DNA of 64,000 nucleotides from Octopus sinensis (Eukaryota): NCBI RefSeq assembly GCF_006345805.1, contig NC_043011.1, positions 63,500,464 to 63,564,463 of the forward strand, read 5' to 3'. Shown piece by piece: positions 13,601 to 25,346 of this stretch (position 1 is its first letter; each line of letters starts with the position of its first letter). The notes under the pieces were generated by a model. It saw only the letters and a program-made list of their open reading frames with translations, ran no database searches and was not told where the DNA came from. The position numbers and the translations under genes were made by a program.

Positions 13601-13736
13601 CGTAAACATACCACCATCGGTTATCAAGCGATGTTGGCGGTACAAACATAGACACGCAAATATATCCACACATACACACATACATACATCTAGACACACA
13701 CACAGACACACAGACACACACACACACACACACACA

Positions 13737-13781
<45 letters not shown>

Positions 13782-16700
13782 GACGGGTTTCTTTCTCTTT
13801 CCATCTACATAATCCACTAACAATGCTTTGGTCAGCCCGAGGCTATAGTTGTAGACACTTGCCCAAGCTGCCACACAGTGGGATTGAACTCGGAACCATG
13901 TGCTTTGTCAGCAATCTACTTACCACTCAGCCATTCCTAAGCCCGTATATTTTCTTCACCTCCACCACTACCAACGACACAATCAACACTAAGAATAAGA
14001 ATAATACGTACAAGCATTCTAAAGTATATGTTGGTCTTGGAATGTTAGCTTTCCTTATATCCATGCAATTTCCTTCGGCGAATCTGTGGCACTCGGAATC
14101 CACAGCATCAGCTAAAATATTTATTTATTGAGTTATTAATAATTAGTGATGCATATACTGGGTGTGTAATCATTATGTTTAAAACAGAAAGCGAAAACAA
14201 AACGAAAATACCGAAGAGTTAACATTGAGCTAAATTCGGATTCCTATATTCTCAGTAAGCAATTATAAATGTTTGACGAATGATATCAACGTTGTTCTGC
14301 TTCCGTTATAACTTCACATGTGACGATGTGGTACAATTATTTGGTGATTCTTTACTGCAAAATATCTGGAAGGTGAACATTTTTAATCATTTGTCATATT
14401 CTTTTATTCTGTTATTTGTTTAAGTCATTTGAGTTCACCCATGCCGGAGCAGCGCCTTTAGTCGAGCAAACCGAACCCTGGAGGAGAATAAGATGAGAGG
14501 GAAGAACGAGATGAGAAAAAATAGAAGCAATCAGGGAAGAAAAGGAAAATATATCCAAGTGTGCCAACCAAAGCCGAGGCCGTCAGAGCAGAGGCCGAAG
14601 AAAGCGTCAAAAAGAGTGAAAGAAGAGAGGCAATTAGCAGCCATCAACACACAAGATACAGAATTAATGAGAGAACTAAAGAAGAATAAAAAAACACAAA
14701 CGGGAAATTACAAAAATTATGACATTTATGATGGAGATCTAAAAAGTCAGTCCACCAAAGGCCGAGGCCGTCAGAGCAGAGGCCGAAGATAGCGTCAAAA
14801 GAGTGGAAAGAAGAGAGGCAAATTGCAGCCATCAACCCACAAGATACAGAATTAATGAGGAGAACTAAAGAGAATAAAAAAACCAAACGGGAAATTACAA
14901 AATTATGACATTTATGATGGAGATCTAAAAAGTCAGTCAATCCGAAAAACAATTCAGGCAACTGTCGGAACATGTGGATGGTGATTGGCCGAGGCCCGTC
15001 AGAGCAGGGCCGAAGACAAGCGTCAAAAAAGAGTGAAAGAGAGAGCATTAGCAGCCATCACCACACAGATACAGAATTAAGTGAGAGCACTAAAGAGAAT
15101 AAAAAAACACAAACGGGAAATTACAAAAATTATGACATTTATGATGGAGATCTAAAAAGTCAGTCAATCCGGAAAAACAAATTCAGGCAAACTGTCGGAA
15201 CAATGTGGATGGATATTCATTGTAGTTTGAATGATTTACCGGAACCCATCCCTCGATCGAAAACATGAAGCGATAGAGACTCCCCCATCCACGTTATACC
15301 ACGAAGAGTTTAAAAACCAATGGCGAGTCATTATGGCTATTCGCATCGGTTGTGTAAATGTACGTGGCCTGATGTCGAGCTGGAATCAAGGACTCTTCCT
15401 AAATGATATCAGGTCTCCTGATTTGGATGTAATTCTTGCTACAGAAACCAGTTTGAAAGGAACAAGAGATCTATTCCCTCTGCTGAACGGCTACGAGAAA
15501 TACGTTTCTCCGTGTCGGTCGACAAGTGGGGACGAGGTGTTGGTCCTATTAAAAAGAAACAGTGTTTTGGAGAAAAGGTTGATTTCTTTTCTGATCCAGA
15601 TGGTAGGCTGTGCATTTTGAACTTGAATTTCAATTGTGTCTAGACTATCAGGTTGGTGGTAATATATGCACCTAATATTTCTAATCAAAAAGTGAATATT
15701 TGCGTGACCTAGAGAAGTTTGCTTGGAGATTTTAATACAATCTGCGATGAACGCGTGGATTATGTTGGCTCGACATCCGATACAATATGTCCTGACTTCG
15801 GGGATCCACTAAGCTATTTTCAGCTAGCAGATCCATATAGGCTGGTCATGGTCTAACAGCCACGAGTCGTTCAGAACGTAGATATATAGGATACTAATGA
15901 GAAAAGTAGTAAAAGCATAGTTAAGCGTCCACCGTTTTAACAAATCAGCTACAGTGACCACAAGTTGGTTACTTGTAAGACATGTAAGACGCTCTATTTC
16001 CTGTCAAAGTCCGTTAAAGGGAGGATTAGATATGCTCTGACTGTTGATGCGCAAATATGCGCTGAGTTTGAGGCATCTCTGGATTCTTCGGGATGGTGAA
16101 CGGTTGTGGTCTCTGATGGCGAAACAGATGTTTTCCTTTTTCGCTAGATTCTGTGGGCGGGAAGCCTGGTACTTTCGTAGATCATGTTTGAGTGAGAGGA
16201 ATACAGAGTGTCGCAAGCCATTCCGTCGCCCGGAGTAATGCAAGCGTTGGGGGTTGTACAGGATTTTTCTGTTGAGGGTGGGTTGTGGCTGAATGTGACG
16301 ATGACCTGGGTGAGACTCTGGATCTCGGGTCTGTTCAGCCTGTTTATTCGTACTTTTGGTCTGATGTTGCTGGATAACTTCCAAATGTCTTTGGCCTGGG
16401 AATGTTACAGAAATGTGTTGCCCGTTCGAGATAAACTTGCGAGACATGGCCAATGCGACACGCCGACCTGCCCAAGATGTGGGCAATGCAGGGAAACTGT
16501 CCCAAACTCCGTTGTCCTGTGTCCGGACTGAGTCAATAATGATAATCGAGCCACCGGGCTTTCTATCAAATAAAGTTAAGAATTGTCTTCTCACCTAAGT
16601 AGCGATAGAGAAATAGGTGGTATGAAAAGCAAAGATGAGATGAATAATAATGACAGGCAGTTTCATCTCTGGCCTTGCTTTACACAGGAAATTTACTTTT

Positions 16701-17538
16701 CACGTCAAAAGAAAAACAGCGCTAAGGAAGAGGTGTCTGTCGGAGAGAATATTTCACGAAAGATGGAAATATGTAGCACGAGTGTTGCGAGTGGTTTTAA
16801 ACGTGCGAATATGCCATAATTTGTCTTGAAATGTGTCAGTCGGGACAGATGGATTTGGTGCTAAACCCAAGCGTCACTCAGTTTGTTGTGTCTATTGTGG
16901 TGTAATCATTCTTCATTACATATATTATATGTCAAAGTTTTAATAGCATTTTAAATTCATTCGTATATCTGACCCTCAGATTGTACTGTCCCCATAAATG
17001 TTGACCCCCCAGTGGGAAATAAAGAAATACTGATTGTGTTAGTGACTCTTGAATTAGCAGAAGTCGTCAATTTATTCTTACAGTATTCGGGATTCCTCTT
17101 TCTTTCGCAATTTCCAGTGGATGTTATCCTGGAGTCAGTTTACATTTAATAATTTAAGTATATTATTTTTTATCGCATCGCTATCTATAATCATATGTTC
17201 TTCATACGTTTTTTTCTGATTTTAGTTTTTTTTTATTTGAAAATATACGTATATTTTTATACCCTCGGGCTTTGGGTGCGGTATCTTAATATGCATTTAT
17301 ATTCTACGTTGTGAATGTATGCGTTAGATTTGAAGTTGTGTGACCAATTATGTTGATTAATTTTCAACCACAAATATATATAAATGTAAATTCATTTCTA
17401 TGTAATCATTTAATATGTGAGTGCATCTACTGTATTTACACAGCTGATAAAAATATTATGATAACAGAAAAATAAATTATTATTTCCATATTGCAACTTA
17501 CCTGCAAAGAAAAGAGACAGGAAGAAGAGTGTTTTCAT
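10630..17538 (-). CDS. Copy 1 of a spliced gene for a small secreted Cys-rich protein; proposed 103 aa: MKTLFFLSLFFAADAVDSECHRFAEGNCMDIRKANIPRPTYTLECLRFFRYKTIRFNVNQYMPYVQELYEKRWIYYYFCLYDKHERVCADMFREMFLSQCRPV
   Basis: join(complement): 17502-17538, 14012-14111, 10946-11012, 10884-10891, 10701-10797, stop TGA 10630-10632. All introns are GT-AG, phases are compatible (1,2,0,2,0), and each splice site is conserved in the paralog at 29.3-39.4 kb. Hydrophobic N-terminus and six mature Cys. Confidence 0.75.
10701..10797 (-). CDS. Copy 1 exon 5 (RWIYYYFCLYDKHERVCADMFREMFLSQCRPV)
   Basis: Acceptor tttatcatacag|, donor GTG|gtaatt, 97 nt versus 94 nt in the paralog (frame-preserving). Synonymous changes at C, L, D and P codons in this frame. 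Confidence 0.85.
10884..10891 (-). CDS. Copy 1 exon 4, 8-nt microexon TACGAGAA (Y E K-)
   Basis: ggctctcttag|TACGAGAA|gtaagatt; paralog has cactcgtag|TCGGAGAA|gtaaggtt. An in-frame TAG immediately upstream forces use of this acceptor. Confidence 0.6.
10946..11012 (-). CDS. Copy 1 exon 3 (RFFRYKTIRFNVNQYMPYVQEL)
   Basis: Donor CTA|gtaagc conserved in both copies. Acceptor aaacag| is conserved but pyrimidine-poor; an alternative acceptor aatcag| lies 43 nt downstream. Confidence 0.55.
11425..11556 (-). mobile_element. Degraded tRNA-derived SINE head and central domain (also at 30085-30220)
   Basis: gctagctgagtagattggagcaacgtgaaaataaaag.tcttgctcaaggacac resembles the reverse complement of the SINE central domain at 46480-46550. 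Same position in both duplicated units. Confidence 0.65.
11800..13420 (-). mobile_element. L1/Tx1-clade LINE remnant in intron 2 of copy 1
   Basis: Antisense of the RT motif NLDQSKxFDRV at ~11810-11845, APE fragments, ORF1 tail; paralogous to 30560-33300. Confidence 0.7.
13453..13943 (-). mobile_element. tRNA-derived SINE (Octopus-type), near full length with internal (CA)/(TA) tract
   Basis: Minus strand: box A TGGCTGAGTGG, box B GTTCAATCCC, body ttgggcaagtgtc..atagcctcgggctgaccaaagc, 3' tail ggtgctccagcatggccgcagtcaaatgacggaaacaagtaaa. Confidence 0.85.
14012..14111 (-). CDS. Copy 1 exon 2 (DAVDSECHRFAEGNCMDIRKANIPRPTYTLEC)
   Basis: Acceptor aaatattttag|, donor TT|gtacgt, exactly 100 nt as in the paralog (36660-36759), identical C-x7-C-x16-C spacing. 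Confidence 0.85.
14483..17030 (+). mobile_element. L1/Tx1-clade LINE, internally deleted, in intron 1 of copy 1
   Basis: APE start MAIRIGCVNVRGLMSSWNQGLFLNDIRSPDLDVILATET, C-terminal zf-RVT-like LAWECYRNVLPVRDKLARHGQCDTPTCPRCGQCRET, A-rich 3' end at ~17020; RT core absent. Confidence 0.8.
17502..17538 (-). CDS. Copy 1 exon 1, signal peptide (MKTLFFLSLFFA-G|)
   Basis: ATG..GCA G|gtaagttgc, phase-1 donor; paralog MKSLFFLCLLFA-G| at 39396-39432. Confidence 0.85.
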
Positions 17539-17599
17539 GTCTATTCTTTTATACATTAAAATAAACGAATGGTGCAACGGCAATCAACAGTATTATGTT

Positions 17600-17940
17600 G
17601 TTACATGTAATGAAATGCAGTGTAACATATGCCAGGCACCAGTAAAACAATACTACGCAATTAAATTAAGCCTGTCATGTTAAATTACAAAGCGGCAATA
17701 TTTCTTTCGCCAGGATATTTAATTGTCGAATAACAATTTATTCGTGGATACAGAAACAAAAACTTACAGTTAAGCATTTATTTCTCTCTTCAGATAATTT
17801 TATAACCTAGAGTCATTAAGCTGAAGCATAGTTGCATTGTATAATCGTTATCTCCTTTTGTTATTCGGTGTTTGATATTGCAGTGCCACCGTACAGGTGC
17901 ATAATATTGAAGGAGTTATTGAATACATCGACCTCAGTAC
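17600..17940 (-). promoter_or_regulatory. Upstream/5'UTR region of copy 1, with candidate non-coding exon donor ACT|GTAAGT at 17768 and TATAAAA upstream
   Basis: Conserved in three units (2965-3310, 39485-39800); donor conserved in all three. Confidence 0.5.
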
Positions 17941-18073
17941 TTGCTTTTTAAGTCTTTTACTGAGTCACTTGTCTCTTCAACTATATATTGTACTTCCCCA
18001 AATCTCCTGTATAATGGTTTAAATGAAGAAGTCAATCCCCGTAGCAACTACTATTATCTTTAGTAATATTATA

Positions 18074-19180
18074 CAGTAGTTTAATTCTTATAGCGTGCTT
18101 TCACTCCAGAACCGAGCGCAGCTCTGTGAGCCTTGGGTATGTGCTGTGGTGCTCTTATGGTTACTATATTGAAAGTGCTTTGCGTAACATATCTGCGGTG
18201 CCCAGTAGTGCAATTTTCTGTATGTTATATATATCTGTAAATTCTGGTGGATTTCTAATATTTGCCTGAATATTATTTATCATACCTAATGCATCTACTA
18301 TGATACGAATTTTTTCTGTTTTTAGATTCCAGATTCGAGTTACCTCTCTTTCCAGATCTTTGTATTTTGAACGTGTCATCATTACTTTTACAGAAAAATT
18401 GTCATCTGCTGGTATTGATACATCTATCAGAAAGTATTTTTTCTTCATGATCTCTGACATCTTTATCCGGCATATTTGGCCTTAATTTCTCTATCTGTGT
18501 GTATTGGCATATCCCAGAGTATGGTTGCTTTCTTGTTTTCTCTTAACTTTTCTGGTGTGTTTCTATACCATCTTTCTTCTGTTGCTATTCCCTAGTTGCT
18601 TCCAATCTATGTAGGTCCCAACTCTGTTGTGTCTGTGAATATATTCCTTCGTATCCAGGATTGAACAGCCAGAGATAATATGATTTATTGTTTTTTTGTC
18701 CATCTCCACATATTCTGCAGTTACTTGTTATATTTCTTTTCATTACAAGTTTTGGTAATTTCTGGTGGGGAGGCTTTGGTCTTGTGCTGCAATTAAAAAT
18801 CCCTCTGTCTCTGCTTTGAGTCCCGAGCTTCTCAACCATGCTGGGATTTTTCTTTGTCTATTTCCTTTTCTTTTTTCTTTCTTCTTCTTCTTCTTTCTTC
18901 ATATTTGTTAGGTGGTATGATTTCTTGTTTTTATTTGTCAGCTTCCTTAAATACTGACAACAGTTTTTTTATTTGCTCGTGTTTTGCCGCTATTTGTATC
19001 AGTTTTCCTTGCCTCTGAAGTAGGTATTTTTGCAGTCCTATGGTGGTTATTTTATAGTATTTTTGCAGCTGTATAGTCCAACCCTTTGTCAACTATTTTT
19101 GGCTCCATGTGATGTCTTTATTTACGATAATTTTGGATAAATTTAGGAGCAGTGTTTTATCACTCTCACATGTTAAACAT

Positions 19181-19183
<3 letters not shown>
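18074..19183 (-). mobile_element. R4/Dong-clade fragment, family A (same 3'UTR as 3665-5502)
   Basis: FLIDVSIPADDN..KYKDLEREVTRIWNLKTE..IIVDALG; shared 3'UTR gcgtgctttcact..accgagcgcagctctgtg. Confidence 0.85.
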
Positions 19184-19218
<35 letters not shown>

Positions 19219-19310
19219 CATTATTATTATTATTATTATTATAATTATTATTATTATTATCATTATTATTATTATTATTATTATTATCATTATTATTATT
19301 ATTATTATTA

Positions 19311-22121
19311 ATATTCTATGTTTGACTTTTGCTTTATGTCTGTACAAGTTGTCACCAAGTCTCACCCAGAGACCTCAAGAGACAACAGCTTGGAAGTTCA
19401 CGTTGTTGTTAAGCCTAGTGTGCAATATATAATTTTTTTTGTGTTGTACTAGTGAATGTTTAATAAATAAATAAAAAAAAATATTTGTTTTAAACTTTGA
19501 GATCACAGAGAGTATTTTGCGTAGGATATGAGTAGTTCCCATGAGCACTATCTTTTGAATTTCTGCTATTTTGGGGTTTCCTGGTATCTGAGTTAGGTAG
19601 AAATCAGCCCCTTTCGCTATCATTCCCAGGGCACCTATGACAACAGGTATTGTTTTAGTCTTCAGGTTCCACATGTTGCTGATTTCTATTTCAAGATCTT
19701 TCTATTTGCTCGTTTTTTTGGTAGGTCTTGACAGATACGTTTATAACGATTGGGACAGTCATATCAATGAGGATGCATGTTCTTTGTTTGAAGTCTTTCA
19801 ATATGATGTCTGGGCCTATTTGCATCTATATTTCTGTCAGTTTTGAATGGTGAAGTTCCAGAGGAGTGAAATGTGGTCATTTCAAGCACTGGGGTGGATT
19901 GTGTTCCCACCATTTTTTTATGGGGCAAATGCAGGTTTTTGCAAATTACCCCAGTGAATATATTGTGCAGCTCTATCATGCCTGTTGAGGTACTCTGTAT
20001 GCGCTAGAAGACTGCATTTGGAGACAACATGATCAATAGTTTCATTTTGTTGTCAGTATACACGACATGTTGGGCTACTGCCGTTCTTTAATATGTTGGC
20101 CAGGTACTTTCTTGTTGGTAGGCATTGATCTTGAGCTGCTATGATAAACCCTTCTGTTTCAGATTTTAAGCCAGAGGCCATTAGCCATTGATGGGTCAGG
20201 GATTTCCCAATATGTGCATTATTCGCTCTCTTTGGGTATTTGCCATAGAGAGGTTTTTCTTGCCATTTATTATTCAGAATATCTAAGGCCGCAGTTTTGG
20301 CACGGGTTTTCATGCGCTTACCATTTTCTGTGCTTGTTTCTTGTATGTCTATCTCTAATTCCGAACTTTGTTGTATTCGGAATTCACTTAGATATCCCTT
20401 TGCCTGTTTTATTACTGAGTATGATGCTTTCTTGTTTTCATGTTTTGAGACAAGTTTTAACATCCAGTCCTCAGAGTTTTTCAGGTAGGTGTCTAGGCCA
20501 AATGTAGCAATCTTCATTGTTATTGCTAGTTGCAAAAGACCATGGCCCCGTTCTTTTCTTGGCAGATAAAGTCATTCTGTATCTGCCTTAGAGTGGTGCA
20601 TCCTATGCACTGTCAAAAGTTTTCTTATTTTTCTGTCGAGCTGAAATATTTCAGTAATTGACCAGTTAACGATATTGAAACTGTAAGTCACGACTGGTAT
20701 GGCTAATGCATCGATCGCTCCGATCCTGTTTCTTGCATTCAGCTCTGTGTTGAGTATTGCTCTCACTCTTCGATAACATTCTCTCCTGATCCTTTCCTTT
20801 ATCTCTGAATGCCTTATTCCGTTCCCTTCAATTACCCCTGGGTACTTGTAGCTCTCCGCTGGGTCTAGTTCTTTTATGACATTTTGCTGGTCAAAGTTGA
20901 CGTTAGTTGTTTCTGTCATTTTTCCTTTGATAAAGGTAGCTTTTGCACATTTATCGAGGCCGAATTGCATTCTGATGTCGTCACTGAATTGTTTGACTAT
21001 CGCTAGTAAGCCCTTGAGTTGTTTGTCATTTTTTGCAAAGAGCTTTAAATCATCCATGTAAATGAGATGATTTATATTTTTTTCAAACATTTTATACCCG
21101 TACTGCGCGTAATTGAGTAGTTTTGAGAGAGGTATTAAGGCTAAGCAAAAGAGGAGTGGTGAGAGTGAGTCAACCTGGAAATTGCCACATTAAATTTTTA
21201 CATCACCAGCATTTAGAGATTTATTGTCACTGTTCAAATTTAGTGTGGTTCTCCATGATCTCATACGTACAGTCAAAAAGTTTCGCAGAGTAGGTGCTAT
21301 CTTATACATATCCAGGCATTTCTTAATCCAGCTATGTGGTAGGCTATCAAAAGCCTTTTTATAGTCTATCCAGGCTATTGATAAGTTTTTGTGTCGTTTG
21401 TGACGATCTTATAAGATCATCTTCTTTATGAGTGGTTGATATTTACAACCGTAGGATCCACGTTTACATCCATTCTGTTCATTTGGGAATATGCTGCTGT
21501 CTGTTAAAAAACTATAAGTATATTCCGTCAGAAGAGATGATAGCGTTTTATACATAGTTGTTATGCAGGTTATGGGTCTATAGTTTTTTGGTTCATTTGT
21601 TTCTTTACTTTTTGGAAGCAGGAATGTTAACCCAAGGAGGCATCCTACTAGGGTGTTGAAAAACATCATTGTACAGTTCTGTTAGCAGTTCATGGCTCTC
21701 TGGGAAGGCATTCAGCCATAAGTTAGGAATTTTATCCTATCCTGGAGACTTCCATTTGCTTGACCTCCTGAGAGCAGATCTTATATCTTCTACCTTGACA
21801 CCCTCCCACTTTTGCTCTTCTAAGGGGTCCAGTTCTGTAGATATTCTGTCAAACCAGGGGGCCTTTCCGTTGTGTGTTTTTTCTTCTGCCCAAATAGTAT
21901 TCCAAAATCCCTGCACTTCTTCTTTAGATGGTACAGACCTTGCAGTAAACGCTGTTTTTCCTATCTTCCTGTAAAAATTATTGGGGTTATTTTTGAACAT
22001 GTTGTTGTCCATGAAAAATCTAACACGCTTTTCATACCTCGCTATGCGGGCAGGTTTGGCAGATACCTTTTGTTTGATGGTTTCTATGGTGGCATCAATA
22101 TCAAGTATAGTTTTCATATTG

Positions 22122-22124
<3 letters not shown>
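19311..22124 (-). mobile_element. R4/Dong-clade element, second family, 5'-truncated, frameshifted
   Basis: NYRPITCITT, NEQNGCKRGSYGCK, LIYMDDLKLF, GLKSETEGFIIAAQDQ, PVVIGALG; (TAT)n at both ends. Confidence 0.9.
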
Positions 22125-22205
<81 letters not shown>

Positions 22206-22207
<2 letters not shown>

Positions 22208-25132
22208 TTTTTTTTTTTTCTTTGAAATTTGCTTCCATTTCTTGCCGAGTGTCTTCCCAACTCCTAGGGCAAAGAAACTTATAGTATACATTGGTAGGCC
22301 ATTAAACCAAACTCAATAGTTCGTTCATTCTTTTTTTTTTATTTAAGTTAAATTAAAATACATGAGCAGCAACAGTTCTCACATCGACAATACTCTTCTC
22401 AATACGTGTGATGTACCAGTTAAGACAATCTTTTGCACTTCTTGCAGGGACGGTAAGCCAGGGATCATTCTCATATAATTTCCGGTTCCCTTCTTGATCA
22501 TTCCTAGTGCTCCTACGATCACTGGTATTGTAACCGCCTAGAGATGCCACATTTTCTCAATTTCAATGAGTAGGTCTTTATATTTTCTGAGCTTGTCAAA
22601 CTCTTTCCCTGAGATATTATGATCACAGGGATGGCTCATGTCGATCAATAAGCAAACTTTATTGTCTTTATTGTTTTGGTCTTTCACAACCTATCTGGTT
22701 TTTGGCCTTGATGGTTCGGTCTGTATGTACTGGAAAGTCCCACAGAATGGTACATTTTCTCTTCAGTTACAACCTCAGGGTGGTGATTATACCTTGTCGG
22801 CAGTTTGATATTGTAATGCCGACTTATTAGCCAGTGTAGATATTGGCCAACTCTGTCATGTCTTAATTTATACTCCACTGGTGCTAAGACTTTACACCCA
22901 GAGACTAGGTGGTCCACTGTTTCAATCATGTCGTTGCAGAATCGGCATTTTGGGTCTGCTCCATTTTTCATCACATTGGCCTGGTAGTTCCGGGTTAATA
23001 GGCTTTGATCTTGAGCAGCCAGGATGAAACCTTCGCTCTCTGCTTTTAGCCCTGAGCTCCGAAGCCACTGATAGGTTTCCTTCTGGTCAACATCAGCTTG
23101 TTTGCTGCGGGTCACATATTTGCCGTGCAGAGGTTTCTCATCCCACCTATCAGCCAATTGCTCGTGTGCTTTTTTCTTTGCCATCATTTTCACCTTCTTT
23201 GCAACAATAGCTGCCGTACTTCCCTCGGTTTGTTCAGTTTGGGTATCCTGCACGAGACAAATAGCAAATTTTTTGCTTTCCTTTATAATAAAATGAAGCT
23301 TCTTTCGTATCTCGTGATTTTCCACGAGCTTTAGCATCCAGTCATTCGATATTTCGAGATATTTGGCCAGTCCAATTGTGGTTGTTTTGTAAGCTAGTTC
23401 AAATTGGATCAGACCTCGACCTCCTTGGGCTCTGGGAAGGTAAAGGCGATCTACGTCTGCCTTTGGGTGGTGCATCCTATTACAACTCAGCAGCTTGCGT
23501 CTTTTCCTATCTATATTCTTTATTTCACTCATATTCCAGTTCAACACATTGTAGCTATAAGTAACAACTGGAACTGCTAAGGAATTTATAGCTAACACCT
23601 TGTTACGTGCATTTAGTTCAGATTTCAGGACTGCACGATCTCTCCTATAACATTCCTTCCTGATCTTCTCTTTCATGCTTGCATGCTGAATACCAGCGCC
23701 TTCATTTATCCCTAAATATTTGTATATTTGTTCTTGCTCAAGCTCTCTTATGACTGTGTCAACATCTAGCACGACTGCAGTTGTGGTCTTCACTTTCCCT
23801 TTCTGGAAAGTGGCCTTGGCACACTTCCCAAGTCCAAACTCCATCCCGATGTCATCCCTGAATGCTTTCACGGTGCGCAATAGGCCTTCAAGTTCATTAA
23901 TGTCTTTACCATAAAGTTTTAAGTCATCCATATAAAATAGATTGCTTATTTTTTTATTGGCAATTTTATACCCATACCCTGTTCTGTTTAATTCCCTTGT
24001 AAGGGGTATTAGGGCTATGCAGAATATTAAAGGTGAAAGTGAGTCACCTTGAAAAATTCCACAGTTGATGTTTATATTTTCTGAGGCAAGTAATCCATTA
24101 GAGTGGTATAACTGGAGATTTGTATTCCACAACGACATATTGTGCTTCAGGAAGTTTGAAATCACAGGGGAAATTTTGAAGATGTCCAGCGATCTCAAGA
24201 TCCATGGATGCGGTATACTGTCGAAGGCCTTTTTATAGACAATCCATGCAGTGCTGAGATTTCTGCGCTTGTTGTGAAAGTTCTCAAGGATCATACGATT
24301 GATTAGCAGTTGATCTTTGCATCCGTAAGAGCCTCGGCGGCACCCTTTTTGTTCAATGGGGAAAATATCGTTCTTCTCCATGAATGCATGTTTTCTCCGC
24401 CAGGATAGATGTTAGGATTTTATACGTGGTGGATAGACATGTTATAGGCCGATAGTTTTTTGGAAGGTTGGTTTCGTTATTCTTTGGGAGTAGGTAAGTA
24501 ATACCACTTGCTAACCATTCAGGTGTTTTCTTTGGGTCTCTCATAATTCCATTGAGCAGCTGAACTAGCTTACCGTGTGCGCATGGGAGCGAAGCGAGCC
24601 AGAAATTCGGCACCCTTTCTTTACCGGGGGATTTCCAATTATGGGCTTTCGTGAGTGCCTTTCTTAGGTCTGCTATTGTGATGTCTTCCCATGCTTGTTG
24701 TAAATTTTGGTAGGAACCTTCAGTTTGCATAATCCAGTCTGCATTTATGTTGTACGTCTTCTTGTCACTCCAAATCCTTTTCCAAAAGTTTTGAACTTCT
24801 TCCATGGGAGGGGGGTCATTAACGGTTACTTTCTCCTTCCCTATTTCTCTGTAGAATTTTTTGGCATTGGATGTAAACAGCTTATTTTGCTTGTAAAACT
24901 TGTTTCTCTTCTCAAATCTTCGTATTCTTTGGGCTTTTGCTTGGACTTTTTGTTTCAGCGTTTCTTTTATTGATATCAGTTCTTCTCTTGGTGAGGATCC
25001 AAATTTTCTCTTCATCTTTCTTCCTGTTCTGGATCTTACATCATTTCCACATATTAGTTCATTTAATATTGATATTTCCCATCTCATAATTTCAATCTCT
25101 TTTTCAATTTTACTTCTCCAGGTTTGATTTCT
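22206..25132 (-). mobile_element. R4/Dong-clade element, third family, 5'-truncated; 565-aa RT-CCHC ORF remnant at 22684-24381
   Basis: EQKGCRRGSYGCKDQL, GIFQGDSLSP, FYMDDLKLY, CRFCNDMIETVDHLVSGC; poly(A) tail at 22206-22219 abutting (TAA)n. Confidence 0.93.
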
Positions 25133-25250
25133 GATTTCTTCTTCTTCTTCTTCTTCTTCTTCTTCTTCTTCTCTTCTTCTTCTTCTTCTTCTTCTTCTTC
25201 TTCTCTTCTTCTTCTTCTCTTCTTATTATTATTATTATTATTATTTATTA

Positions 25251-25313
<63 letters not shown>

Positions 25314-25345
25314 ATTATTAATTATTATTTTTAATATTTTTATTA
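25133..25345. repeat. (TTC)n followed by (TAT)n
   Basis: Direct reading. Confidence 0.95.
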
Positions 25346-25346
25346 T

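Noticed and set aside
14212-14229. Possible 18-nt exon (ttag|...TCG|gtattt) in intron 1
   Set aside because: In-frame TAA in both copies in the required phase.
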